Assembly: GCA_051362555.1 (NCBI GenBank)
Contig: CM120644.1
Span: forward strand, 24,388,534-24,452,533
Reading direction: 5' to 3'
Source of the DNA: Lingula anatina
Taxonomy: Eukaryota; Animalia; Brachiopoda
DNA: 64,000 nt
The notes beneath the pieces were generated by a model, which had not been told where the DNA came from, ran no database searches, and worked only from the letters and a program-made list of their open reading frames with translations. How positions within the stretch are numbered: position 1 is the first letter of the stretch; each line of letters opens with the position of its first letter. Positions 26,184 through 36,689 of this stretch are shown here, in pieces. Position numbers and translations under genes: made by a program.

Positions 26184-26978
26184 TGTAACAAAGATTCTGC
26201 GGTCAGAAAATATCAATAAGCCATGATTAAGGGAAGTGATTGCAGTAATCTTTTTCAACACTGGTCGTGTTCACAAAAGGCTGTTAATGTCACAGAGAGA
26301 AAGTAAAAAAAAAAAAAAAAAAAAAAAAACGAGAGAGAGAGAGAGAGAGAGATGGAGGGAGAGATTGAAAACTTACTTCTTCAACAGTGGTTATGGTATA
26401 CAGATTACACAGCCTTAGGCTAAATGAAATGTAGATCTGTATCTTTCACTTTGATGCTGTATACTTGACCTCTTGCTTCAACAGTTGTTACGGTTTACAG
26501 ATTACATACCCTTTTATTTATCTAATTACTTATTTATTTTAGTCAAAGTTTGATTTAAAGGCAGATAAATAACGCACCATATGGTTTTCTGCACCGCTTA
26601 TTTCGTTGGATTATTTAGGAATAAAAAAAACAGTGTTTTAGCGGTAAATGGTCTCCTTTGTCTTCATGGAAATGTGAGATTTTACAGTTTATACTCTCCT
26701 TGAGCGATTGTAGGTACCAATAAACAGATAAAATGCGCTGTAATTACCTATTTGGATGTTTATTATTATTATTATTATTTTTTTTTTTTTTTGTTATAAA
26801 ATCAAGGAGGAGAAAAAATACGGCTTATTTAATGTAAACCTTAAAACGGATGGAATAGATAACAAACCCGATGTTCGTATTGCCAGCATGGAGCGAGGTT
26901 ATTATAAATAAAAAAAAAACAATACTTCCACTTCCAGCCCTGTTTAGCAAGTCAAAAAAAAAAAAAAAAAGGATCATA

Positions 26979-27091
26979 TGTAGTGTATTAGCTTATGTAT
27001 CGTTTACGCGTCACGCCAGGTGTCGCATGACACCTGGTACCATGTGACTTGACGCGGGAATCTTGAATGTAATAAAGCAGAACTCACAACA
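26979..27091 (+). repeat. 5' LTR of gypsy 1 (113 bp)
   Basis: Identical to the 3' LTR except for a 14-bp tandem duplication; AATAAA near the end. Confidence 0.95.
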
Positions 27092-27152
27092 ATGGCGACG
27101 AGGATGGTCACATTTTATTACGTTGAATGATAATTTTACGATTTTAAACAAC

Positions 27153-28646
27153 ATGGAGCCTCTATGCTCAAATGAAATTGACAATAGTTGTGAGGAAACA
27201 CGGATTACACATATGGAAAACGAAATTAGACACTTGAACTCAAAATTTGAAGGACTATGTGAAAACGTTTATAAAATGACAGAAGGACTGCAGAAATTTC
27301 AAACAGAATTTATCTCATATATGAGACGTGACAATCCATCCTTATTGGAAAATTCAGCAGCACCCTTGACTCATGCTCAGCAAGGACACATTGAGATAAA
27401 TGATCCTCATGATGCCGATGCTCCACCTGTCTCTGTTACTTCAACGGAGTCTTCAACTCATGGTTTAGCTGAGCGAATAAGTTCAAATGCTGATTTTATA
27501 CCAGACCCGGAGCAGCCAGTTGTCAGTGACCCAACCGTTCCAGCGTACCGTTATGGACGTCAGAATTATGATGCGAGAGGGCCACATCTACAATTCTGTG
27601 AGGATGTACCCAGATTTACTCCCACGCAAAGATCGCGGCCAGTGGACACTCCCCTGTATACTGACGAAAACCGACAACCACCTCCAACAGGTAGGTCATT
27701 TCCCATATACAATGAGTCACACATTACCTGCCCCCAGCCGCCCACCCGTTTTCAATCATATGATGGAAGTACTAACTTCTATTCATATTACGTAAAATTA
27801 TGTTGCGTTGCTGAGAGCAAGGGATGGGGAGTTAAAGAAATCTATGAAATCATGATCACCTCACTAGAAGGTAAAGCCCTCGACGAGTTTGTAAAACTAC
27901 CTCCTAACGAAAGAATGCACCTACACAGTGTTGTAGATACCCTTATGAAATGTTTCGGAAAAACTGAAAATTCATCATTGGCGCGAACAGAACTGGCCGC
28001 TATAAAACAAAAAGAAAACGAAAGCTACGAAGAATTTGGCTCACGTGTGAGAATATTAGCGTTGTCTGCCTACCGTGGTACTGGCCTATTCAATCAAATG
28101 GCCACTGAATCGTTTTTACGTGGGTGTTCAGATAAAGATTTAGTGGGAAAAGTGATGTGCATGAGACCTAGAACATTAGAAGAGGCGGTCGAAAATGCCC
28201 GTACGTGTGGAGCAAATATGCAAATTTTGGGGTTACGCAATGAAAATTGTAATAAGCAAGTGCGCAAAGTTATTTTTAAAGAACCCCAGTCTCCATGTAC
28301 AGATCATATTGAGCGTCAAAATTCACCAAATGTGACTCGCGTTCAGTTTTCACCTCGTAGCTTGAGTCCTAATCGGGCAAAATCATTTCAGTCGAATGAT
28401 GCAGAGCAGAGGTTGCAAAACATTGAATCCTCGTTGTTAGAATTGATTCAGTTATTCCGTCAGTCCGTGAACCAAACACAAAAGGGCAATGACACTCAGT
28501 TTGGTACACCCCCTAGGGGCATCACAAGGTGCTATAATTGCCATGAAACGGGTCACATAAGCACAAATTGTCCCCAGAAAAACAGTGATTCGTTAAACCG
28601 CAACAGGTCGCCTGTGCGGTCCAACAATCGACCTCAGCTGCAGTAG
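27153..28646 (+). CDS. gag: Gag polyprotein, gypsy 1
   Basis: Capsid-like YDGS...W motif and CCHC knuckle CYNCHETGHISTNC; first ATG after the PBS in this frame is 27153. Confidence 0.9.
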   Translation: MEPLCSNEIDNSCEETRITHMENEIRHLNSKFEGLCENVYKMTEGLQKFQTEFISYMRRDNPSLLENSAAPLTHAQQGHIEINDPHDADAPPVSVTSTESSTHGLAERISSNADFIPDPEQPVVSDPTVPAYRYGRQNYDARGPHLQFCEDVPRFTPTQRSRPVDTPLYTDENRQPPPTGRSFPIYNESHITCPQPPTRFQSYDGSTNFYSYYVKLCCVAESKGWGVKEIYEIMITSLEGKALDEFVKLPPNERMHLHSVVDTLMKCFGKTENSSLARTELAAIKQKENESYEEFGSRVRILALSAYRGTGLFNQMATESFLRGCSDKDLVGKVMCMRPRTLEEAVENARTCGANMQILGLRNENCNKQVRKVIFKEPQSPCTDHIERQNSPNVTRVQFSPRSLSPNRAKSFQSNDAEQRLQNIESSLLELIQLFRQSVNQTQKGNDTQFGTPPRGITRCYNCHETGHISTNCPQKNSDSLNRNRSPVRSNNRPQLQ

Positions 28647-28684
28647 GACCAAATCTGATCCCACACACCGTTTATTGTAATGGC

Positions 28685-31600
28685 ATGGCCAAAGGCGAAA
28701 GTTTAGTGGTCCCCATACATGTCAATGGAATCAAAACTAACGCTGTTATCGACACGGCAGCGCAAGTGACCATAGTAAGTGACAAGCTGTTATCACAAAT
28801 TACTGGAGAAATTACTTACGGCGGGTACCATGACATAAAAGGTATACCGCAGATTAGCTTACGAGCAAGAGAAATAAAAGGCCTAAAATTAGCAATTGGT
28901 TCAGAAGTGTATGAATGGACAGCACTTGCAGCTCCTATCCCAGACAATGTTTTATTGGGTTTAGATTTCTTGAAAATGTTTGAGTGTAACATCTGTCTGG
29001 AAAACAATTTCATATCGTTGACCAGACCAGATTCTTCAGATAGAAGACGCAATAAAGTTCATGCCTCTATAAGAAAAGGTAGTGACAATTATTTAGTGGC
29101 AAATCGTGTTATTTTATCAAAGAAAGTTGTTGTTCCACCGCATTCTGAGAAGTTTGTTCAAGTTCCCTTTGTGGCGGAAAGGAACAAAACCTTTTTACTC
29201 AACGCCCCTAAATATGATCAGAAGGGTCTTTCGGTGCCCTATGGGTTGATAAGCACCGATTTTACGGATGATTGCCTCAGTTGTTCAATCGCTCTAAGGA
29301 ATGAGACTGATAAGTCAATTACCTTAAAAGCAGGTCATGTGATGGGTGATTTGGAAGAGATTGAGCGTGTACTGGGATATCCTGAGAGTTTTGACAGTTC
29401 GAATGTGCACCAGTCTTTCTCGGTGTTGAAAGTTGATGTGAACTCTAACGATATTCCTGAACACGTGCGTGATTTGTGGAAACGATCTAGTGAGGATTTG
29501 TCTGATGAGCAGTCTCTCAAATTAGGCAATCTTTTGACAAAATATGCCGATGTTTTTTCCAAATCTGAATTTGATATCGGTCATTTTACAAAGATTAAAC
29601 ATAGAATTGATACCAACGAAGCAAAGCCTATTAAACAAAGACTGAGACGCACACCTCTGGGTTTCGAGCAAGAGGAAAAGGCAACATTAGATAAATTGTT
29701 AGCCGCTGACATTGTGCAACCCTCTTGTTCCGAATGGGCATCCTCTCCTGTTTTAGTGAGAAAAAAGGACGGCACTTTGAGATATTGCATAGATTTTCGT
29801 GCTTTAAATAAAGTGACCGTTAAGGATGTGTATCCACTACCGCAAATAGACGAATGCTTAGATGTTTTAGCGGGCACTCGGTATTTCAGCACTCTTGATA
29901 TGAACTGTGCTTATTATCAGGTTGAAGTTGAGGAAAGCTCCCGGCCTAAAACCGCTTTTATGACCAAGTACGGTTTGTTTGAGTTTAAGAGACTACCGTT
30001 TGGTTTGACTAACAGCCCTGCTACTTTCATGCGAGCAGTCAATTCAGTTCTGCATGGTTTGACGTGGAGACAAGTACTCGCTTACTTGGATGATGTTGTT
30101 GTGCTTGGGAACAGTTTTGATGATTCTTTAGCCAATATTGCACTGGTGTTGGATAGATTCAAAGAAAATGGATTGAAATTAAAACCATCCAAGTGTTCAT
30201 TACTCAAAAGGAGTGTTCTCTATTTGGGTAAATTGGTAGATGAGAATGGCATTGCTCCAAATCCTGACAGTATAAAAGCAGTTCAACGTTGGCCACGTCC
30301 AAAATGTAAGAAAGATGTGGAAAGATTTCTTGGTCTAGTTAATTACCATAGAAGTCACATAAAATGTTTTGCTGCTATGTCTGGTATACTGTATGATTTG
30401 ACCAAAAACAAAAGTGTTTTTAATTGGACTAATGAACACGAAGTTGCATTCAATGACTTGAAACAGGCTTTGGTCCATAGTCCCGTGCTGAGCTTTCCAG
30501 ACAGTGATGGTTTATTTATTTTAGACACGGACGCCAGTGATACTTGTATTGGAGCTGAGCTCATACAGGTGCAAAATGACACTGAAAAGGTCATTAGTTA
30601 TGGCAGTTTTTCTCTTACTCCTAGTCAACGTCGTTATTGCACGACTAAAAAGGAGCTTTTAGCAGTAGTCCGATTTACTCGGCAGTACAGGCACTATCTA
30701 CTTGGTAGAAAGTTTGTAATAAGGACAGATCATTGCAGTTTGACTTGGATCATGCGTTTTAAATTGCTCAATGGTGTTTTAGCAAGGTGGATGGAGGAAT
30801 TGGCCCAGTATGATTTCGAAATTCAGCACAGATCGGGGAAAAACCACAGTAATGCTGATTCATTGTCACGCATTCCTCTTCAGCACAAAGACTGTAATTA
30901 CTATGAAGATGGTTGTGATGTGACAAAGTTACCTTGTGGAGGCTGTCATCACTGTACCAGGCTTCATGAAGAATGGGACAGATTTAATAAAGATGTCGAT
31001 TACATAGGGCCCCTGTCTCTAAGAAGCGTGAAAACTGTTACACCTGCCGTAGACCCACCCAGGGAAAATACTGGGAATGTTGAATTGTTTGCAAAGTATA
31101 CAGCAAGTCAACTCAGAGAAGCGCAATTAAAAGATCCTCACTTATTAAAGGTGATAGGTTGGATTGAGGAAAATGTAAGTCCTTCTCAAGAGGAGTTGCA
31201 ACTATGCTCGACAGCTGTGAAATTTTTATGGACAAACTTCAATTTGCTGTCCATGAAAGATGGTGTTTTATATTACAGCAGGTTTGATAAAGGCTTTTTT
31301 AACCCTCTTTTGGTATTACCCAAAGAATTTCAACAGGAAGCCTTATCATTGTGTCATGACCCTGTTATTTCAGGTCATCAAGGGATTGCTCGGACTCTTT
31401 CTAAGTTGAGACAAAGTGTATTTTGGTATGGAATGACTACCGACTGCAAACTGTATGTCAATTCATGTGTGGCCTGTGAAAAAAATAAAAAAGCAAGCAG
31501 GAAATTCAGAGCTGAATTGCAAAATTTCCATGCCGGTGCACCTTTAGAGAGGGTTCACATAGATATTTTAGGACCACTTACTCCCAGTAAAGCAGGGAAT

Positions 31601-32521
31601 AAGTACATTTTAGTTGTAGTGTGTCAATTCACTAAATGGGTGGAAGCGTATCCATTACCGGATCAAACTGCAGATACAATTAGCAAAACATTGGTGAACA
31701 ATTTCATTGCTAGGTTTGGTTGTCCAACCATCATACATTCCGACATGGGTGCCAATTTTACAAGTGAATTGTTTAGTAATGTTTGCAGTTTACTGTCTAT
31801 TAACAAAACCCAAACTAGTCCGTACAGGCCGTGTTCAAATGGCGCTGTGGAGCGTCAGAATAGGACTATCATGCAGTGTATACGGTGTTATTTAGAAGGA
31901 CAGGACAGTAATTGGGATGAACATTTATCTTTAATTACAAGCGCAATCAGAGCGGTCCCTAACAGACAAACAGGTCTGACCCCAAACATGTTGATGTTTG
32001 GAAGGGAAACTAGACAGCCCATTGATTTTACGTTTGGTTTAAAATCTTTTAAAGGGGATGTTGAACCAAATAGCTATGTCATGCAATTAAAAGAAAAGCT
32101 AGAGAGCGTTCACGAGTTGGCCAGAAAATGTCTCGGCGAGAATTTAAAGACACAAAAAGCGTACTATGACGCAAATGCCAGGCAGACACAATATTGTAAG
32201 GGTGACCTAGTGTATAGATATAATAACATGTCAAAACCCGGTCGTTCAAAGAAATTACAGCCTGTATGGCTCGGTCCCTTCAAAATTATTGAGGTGCTTT
32301 CTCCAATTTTGTATAAAATAAAAACAAAAAGAAAAGTTGTGGTGGTGCATCATGATCACTTAAAGCCCTGTAAGGGAAGGGGGCCCCTAAAACCCTCAAA
32401 AGCTAAATGTGTGACTCCTACTAACATGGGTGATGACCAACCACAAGGTGATGGAACTGTCAAAGATGCTGTTGTTACGAGAAGTGGCCGAACCGTTATA
32501 CCTCCAATACGTTATTGTTGA
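28685..32521 (+). CDS. pol: Pol polyprotein (PR-RT-RNase H-IN), gypsy 1
   Basis: IDTAA protease, YLDD RT, DTDAS/KELLA RNase H, HHCC plus DDE integrase; uninterrupted 1278 aa; -1 frame relative to gag. Confidence 0.97.
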   Translation: MAKGESLVVPIHVNGIKTNAVIDTAAQVTIVSDKLLSQITGEITYGGYHDIKGIPQISLRAREIKGLKLAIGSEVYEWTALAAPIPDNVLLGLDFLKMFECNICLENNFISLTRPDSSDRRRNKVHASIRKGSDNYLVANRVILSKKVVVPPHSEKFVQVPFVAERNKTFLLNAPKYDQKGLSVPYGLISTDFTDDCLSCSIALRNETDKSITLKAGHVMGDLEEIERVLGYPESFDSSNVHQSFSVLKVDVNSNDIPEHVRDLWKRSSEDLSDEQSLKLGNLLTKYADVFSKSEFDIGHFTKIKHRIDTNEAKPIKQRLRRTPLGFEQEEKATLDKLLAADIVQPSCSEWASSPVLVRKKDGTLRYCIDFRALNKVTVKDVYPLPQIDECLDVLAGTRYFSTLDMNCAYYQVEVEESSRPKTAFMTKYGLFEFKRLPFGLTNSPATFMRAVNSVLHGLTWRQVLAYLDDVVVLGNSFDDSLANIALVLDRFKENGLKLKPSKCSLLKRSVLYLGKLVDENGIAPNPDSIKAVQRWPRPKCKKDVERFLGLVNYHRSHIKCFAAMSGILYDLTKNKSVFNWTNEHEVAFNDLKQALVHSPVLSFPDSDGLFILDTDASDTCIGAELIQVQNDTEKVISYGSFSLTPSQRRYCTTKKELLAVVRFTRQYRHYLLGRKFVIRTDHCSLTWIMRFKLLNGVLARWMEELAQYDFEIQHRSGKNHSNADSLSRIPLQHKDCNYYEDGCDVTKLPCGGCHHCTRLHEEWDRFNKDVDYIGPLSLRSVKTVTPAVDPPRENTGNVELFAKYTASQLREAQLKDPHLLKVIGWIEENVSPSQEELQLCSTAVKFLWTNFNLLSMKDGVLYYSRFDKGFFNPLLVLPKEFQQEALSLCHDPVISGHQGIARTLSKLRQSVFWYGMTTDCKLYVNSCVACEKNKKASRKFRAELQNFHAGAPLERVHIDILGPLTPSKAGNKYILVVVCQFTKWVEAYPLPDQTADTISKTLVNNFIARFGCPTIIHSDMGANFTSELFSNVCSLLSINKTQTSPYRPCSNGAVERQNRTIMQCIRCYLEGQDSNWDEHLSLITSAIRAVPNRQTGLTPNMLMFGRETRQPIDFTFGLKSFKGDVEPNSYVMQLKEKLESVHELARKCLGENLKTQKAYYDANARQTQYCKGDLVYRYNNMSKPGRSKKLQPVWLGPFKIIEVLSPILYKIKTKRKVVVVHHDHLKPCKGRGPLKPSKAKCVTPTNMGDDQPQGDGTVKDAVVTRSGRTVIPPIRYC

Positions 32522-33253
32522 GAGGAAGACTCAGAACTAACGAGGTTGTTATTATCATATGTGACAGCGATATCCACTTCTATACGTTCCACCAAGGACA
32601 ATTAACTGAGATAATGTGACATTTTCTGTGGACTCTATTGACTTTGAACCAAGCATTGACTATGTTTTACATGCATATATTGGCTACATTATACTGAGCC
32701 TGTATTCGCATTTAATATTGTATTTATATTAGTGACACAATTATACATTTTCTTTATCAAGGCATTTGTAAAAGTTGTATGTATTCTGAAGTTGTTTGGA
32801 TGCACAGTACAGTCTTGTGAGTAAAGTGCATGTGTCATGTTGATAATGCAGATTTAGCATAATTAGTAAAGTTCATATGTGCCGTTTATGCAGTAATGCA
32901 TGCACATTTATATATAAAAAATATGGGACTTGAAAGTATGCACTGTTTAACACAACATGTTACCTTAGTTATAAGGAAATAATGTATTTATATGTGCCGT
33001 TAATATGTAATGTATATGCACAATTATTATTTACTATGCACAAAAATAGATCTCATTATCATTAACTGTGCTGATGTAAGGCATACAATACATATAACAT
33101 TGTCATTTAAAGCAAGGGTTGACTAAGATGCTGTTGATAAAGTGTAATCCGTATGTATGTTAAAGTTATGTCAACAATTGTAATTAATTCACACTTATCT
33201 TAATTATCAGTGGTTTATATATAAGCATGTTTTGAAAATATGATGGGGAGGAA

Positions 33254-33380
33254 TGTAGTGTATTAGCTTATGTATCGTTTACGCGTCACGCCAGGTGTCG
33301 CATGACAGGTGTCGCATGACACCTGGTACCATGTGACTTGACGCGGGAATCTTGAATGTAATAAAGCAGAACTCACAACA
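33254..33380 (+). repeat. 3' LTR of gypsy 1 (127 bp)
   Basis: Follows the PPT; carries duplicated AGGTGTCGCATGAC. Confidence 0.95.
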
Positions 33381-34544
33381 CATAGACATATCGTTGACAA
33401 AGATGCCCGATGTTTGATAACGGTATTTAAACTGGTATTTACAAATAATAGTACCGGCTAGAGTATCGTACGTCTACATTAATGGAGATATATGTAATAA
33501 AGTTTTTTGAGGCCCTAGAAAAATCAGGTTATGTAGATATACATGAACATATCCTTAGTCTAAACAAAATTTATAAGTTGGTTAAGGAGCGACGATTGTA
33601 ATATCGATAGACAAATTTCATTTTTCAAATATATTTCATATATGGTTAATGAGCACACCAAGAAAATTCTATGGTAAGTAGGACTTGGAATTAAAAAAAC
33701 TTTTTTTCAAATGGGTATGTCAAATTCAAAGTGAACGTGATTTGAAAGTATAATAGTAACATCAAGGATTTCCCTGCGGTTAATTGCATATTTTTTCTGC
33801 ATAAACACACCAATAGACATACCCAATACATTTTTTTCATTTGAAAAAAAAAAAAAAAAAAACGTAATAGGGCGCGCCAAATTATCACATTTATGTGGCT
33901 TATTTTCAGTATGATTTACTTCTATGAGAAACAATGTCAATAGTATGACAATTACATGGGGGTGGGGGTGGAGGTAACGATGCCGAGAGTAAATTAAACA
34001 TGCAGAAAGGCAACAATGTGGGGAGTAAGGGCGCGAGTATAGCAGTAATTTTACAAGGGGTGCGGTGATCTATTGGTATAGGGTATCGATGCGCATGATG
34101 CAAAAATTACTTAGGGGGTACTAGTATTGGTGCCGGGGAGTACTGACATGACCAGGTGGTATTCTGTACTTATATACGAACTTGAAAGGGTTGGTATGAA
34201 ATTAAATTTTGTAACTCATTCGAAAACAAAACCCATTTTGTCGAGAAAAAAATCTAACAAATGTATGTCATTTGTTTAGTTGTTATCGTTTGATTCAGGA
34301 AGAATAATTGCCTACATTCGAGGGACAAAGTGAGTCGCATAATAATCCGTTTTAATGACTATTATCTGGTGCCATTATTTACTTGCTTAAATGATTCATT
34401 CAATACTTGTTGCATTTAGCTCATTTTCAATAAATACCCATGAGGTTAAGAATATTCATGAGTAATGAATTGACTGACCCAAAACCTGCATTTTTATATT
34501 ACATTTCAGATAATGCAGAGAAGCGTTTCAAAGTGACTGGTGCC

Positions 34545-35364
34545 ATGGCAACAGCAAGGATATACACTGACTCTGACCGATGGAATTTCTGTTGCATAAG
34601 CATTGTGACTGCAGAACATGCCTTGAAGGTCTTGCAAGATGTTCTTCAGATAGAACTTAAAACAAAGTATCCCAATCTATTTGACCTCAGCACGGGGTTG
34701 TTAAAATGGGTGCTTGGTGATAGAACTGTCGAGACTGTACTGTTTAGATTATCACCAAAGATCTTTAATCGCCATCAACGGGAACAGCTGTATCCCACTG
34801 GAAATCCCTCCACATCAGTAACTGTTGCTGACTTAGACATCACACTGACAGTGCTTTTGTTGAGGAACATTACCTTGTTGAACCCTTGTCCTCGGTTGAA
34901 TGCAAGGGACAACCCCTCTGACACAAACACATCAAAAGAAGCCACCATAGGACGAATTAAAATGTATCGTGATATTGTGTATAATCATGTAAACAAGGCA
35001 GCGATCAGCGATGAAGATTTCAAAGCATATTTTTCAAAGCTTAAGTCCAATCTCTTGGTTCTTTTTAGTAGGTTCACAAATGAGGATGATGACGCCATAT
35101 TGTCTGAAACTCTTGATGCTGCGAGAAACCAGAGCATTCTTAAAAAATGGTACTATTATGACAAAGATGTAAAAGTTGAATTGATGCGGCTGAAATCAAC
35201 AATGGAGGAAACCCCAAAACTTGGGTTCCATATAGAACAGGTTCAAAGAAGAAATGAAGACACTGTACATGTTCTCAGAGAGGTGAGAAGTGAAACGCAG
35301 AGAACACATGATAAACTTAAGAAAATCGGATTGGCATTAGAACAAAGCGCTCCGATTACAGAAG
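34545..35364 (+). CDS. Exon encoding DZIP3/hRUL138-like HEPN domain plus coiled coil
   Basis: QLYP...[14 protein letters not shown]...P...[18 protein letters not shown]...ISDEDF matches the HEPN_DZIP3 pattern. Confidence 0.85.
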
Positions 35365-36631
35365 GTACGTATCTTAAACTTTAAGATGTTTGAAATCTTT
35401 ACACTCAGTAATTCAAATGCCTTTTTGGCTCACGTTTTATTTTCAGGAACGACTGAAGTTCCAACATTTTTTGGATTTAAAGAAGTTTAAAGTAAAATAA
35501 AGGTCATTACTTCAAGTAAAAATTCCTGAAAATATTCTAATGCTCAAGCTTGACCACTCATTGCGCTTTGTTTACAGAAGTTCAGGAAAAACTTCGGGTG
35601 ATTTATGACAATGATCGAGACAGAAGTGAACTTCAGAAAATAACAGGTAATATGTTTTAATAAACACCGAGAACAAGAAAGATGATGCATAAATAGATAA
35701 GGATTATCTTATCTACTTCTGATTGACATTGGTTTACATTACATTTTATTTCATTTCATTCTCATGCTACGTTTTTGTTGTACATAAATTTAAGAACAAT
35801 GTAGTTATATTCTTATGAATTGGATATAATACATATCATTATTTTCTTTTTACTAAACAATGATGAGAAAATTATCAGTTTGGATATATTTGCAGCTGTT
35901 ATTGTTTATATTGAAATCTTCCAAAGTACAGTGTTATGTATTTCTATCAAACAGTGCTGTCAAGTACGCAAGAGGACCCTGCTGTTCCTTCATCCCAACT
36001 CTTTAATCCTTCGTCATCAACAGAAAAAGAAATTACTCAGTCTGCAAAGTCTAGTCCTACAAGTGTTAATATGGGAACTGTTGCAGGTACATGGACAGTT
36101 CATCAATGCGTGGATGAGTGAAAGATATTCACACTATTCACAGCCATATAGTGACATTTTTCAAAAGTTCTTTGTTGTCAATATAGTGATAGGAAAGTCA
36201 CAGTGGGGTTTTTTATACGATATTGATATGATTAGATGCACGTTTTGGATTTTGTTTTATGGATTTAAGTTTTGAAATTAAAGAATGTATGTAATAAGAT
36301 ATTAAATTAATATTAAAAAATGCCTAAAGTGAAAATTTGTGTTTTTGACAAGTGATATATGTGTTGAAGTTGTTACGCTTATTTACCTAAACACAGAAAA
36401 CGTTTTGTTTCTCTTGCAGCTAGCAAACTCCATACAACCAAACCAGACATCCACTATCAGGTATATTCATATTTTTTAACTCGAAATTTTGATAAAATGA
36501 TTACAGAAATGAAACGTGCATATTACATGTATTACCAAAACGTAGATATTAAAATACTTCTGTAACCACTTTCTATGACAGATAATATGTTTACATGAGC
36601 TTGTTTTTTTATTTATGATTTAATTCAAAAT

Positions 36632-36689
<58 letters not shown>

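Larger units (their letters stand above)
26979..33380 (+). mobile_element. Full-length Ty3/gypsy LTR retrotransposon 1
   Basis: TG...CA LTRs at 26979-27091 and 33254-33380; CATA TSD (single CATA at the paralogous site near 18836); PBS TGGCGACGAGGATGG at 27093 (complement of the tRNA-Ser(GCU) 3' end); PPT 33242-33253. Confidence 0.97.

Noticed and set aside
32522-33241. env-like third ORF in gypsy 1
   Set aside because: AT-rich with no ORF of 60 aa or more in the track.
34440-34544. ORF-track start at 34440 for the HEPN exon
   Set aside because: A splice acceptor at 34509 and the GCCATGG at 34545, also conserved in copy A, fit better.
35820-36275. 151-aa ORF and the many short ORFs overlapping pol, gag and IAP exons
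   Set aside because: Off-frame or antisense shadows of real exons, or low-complexity intron sequence.
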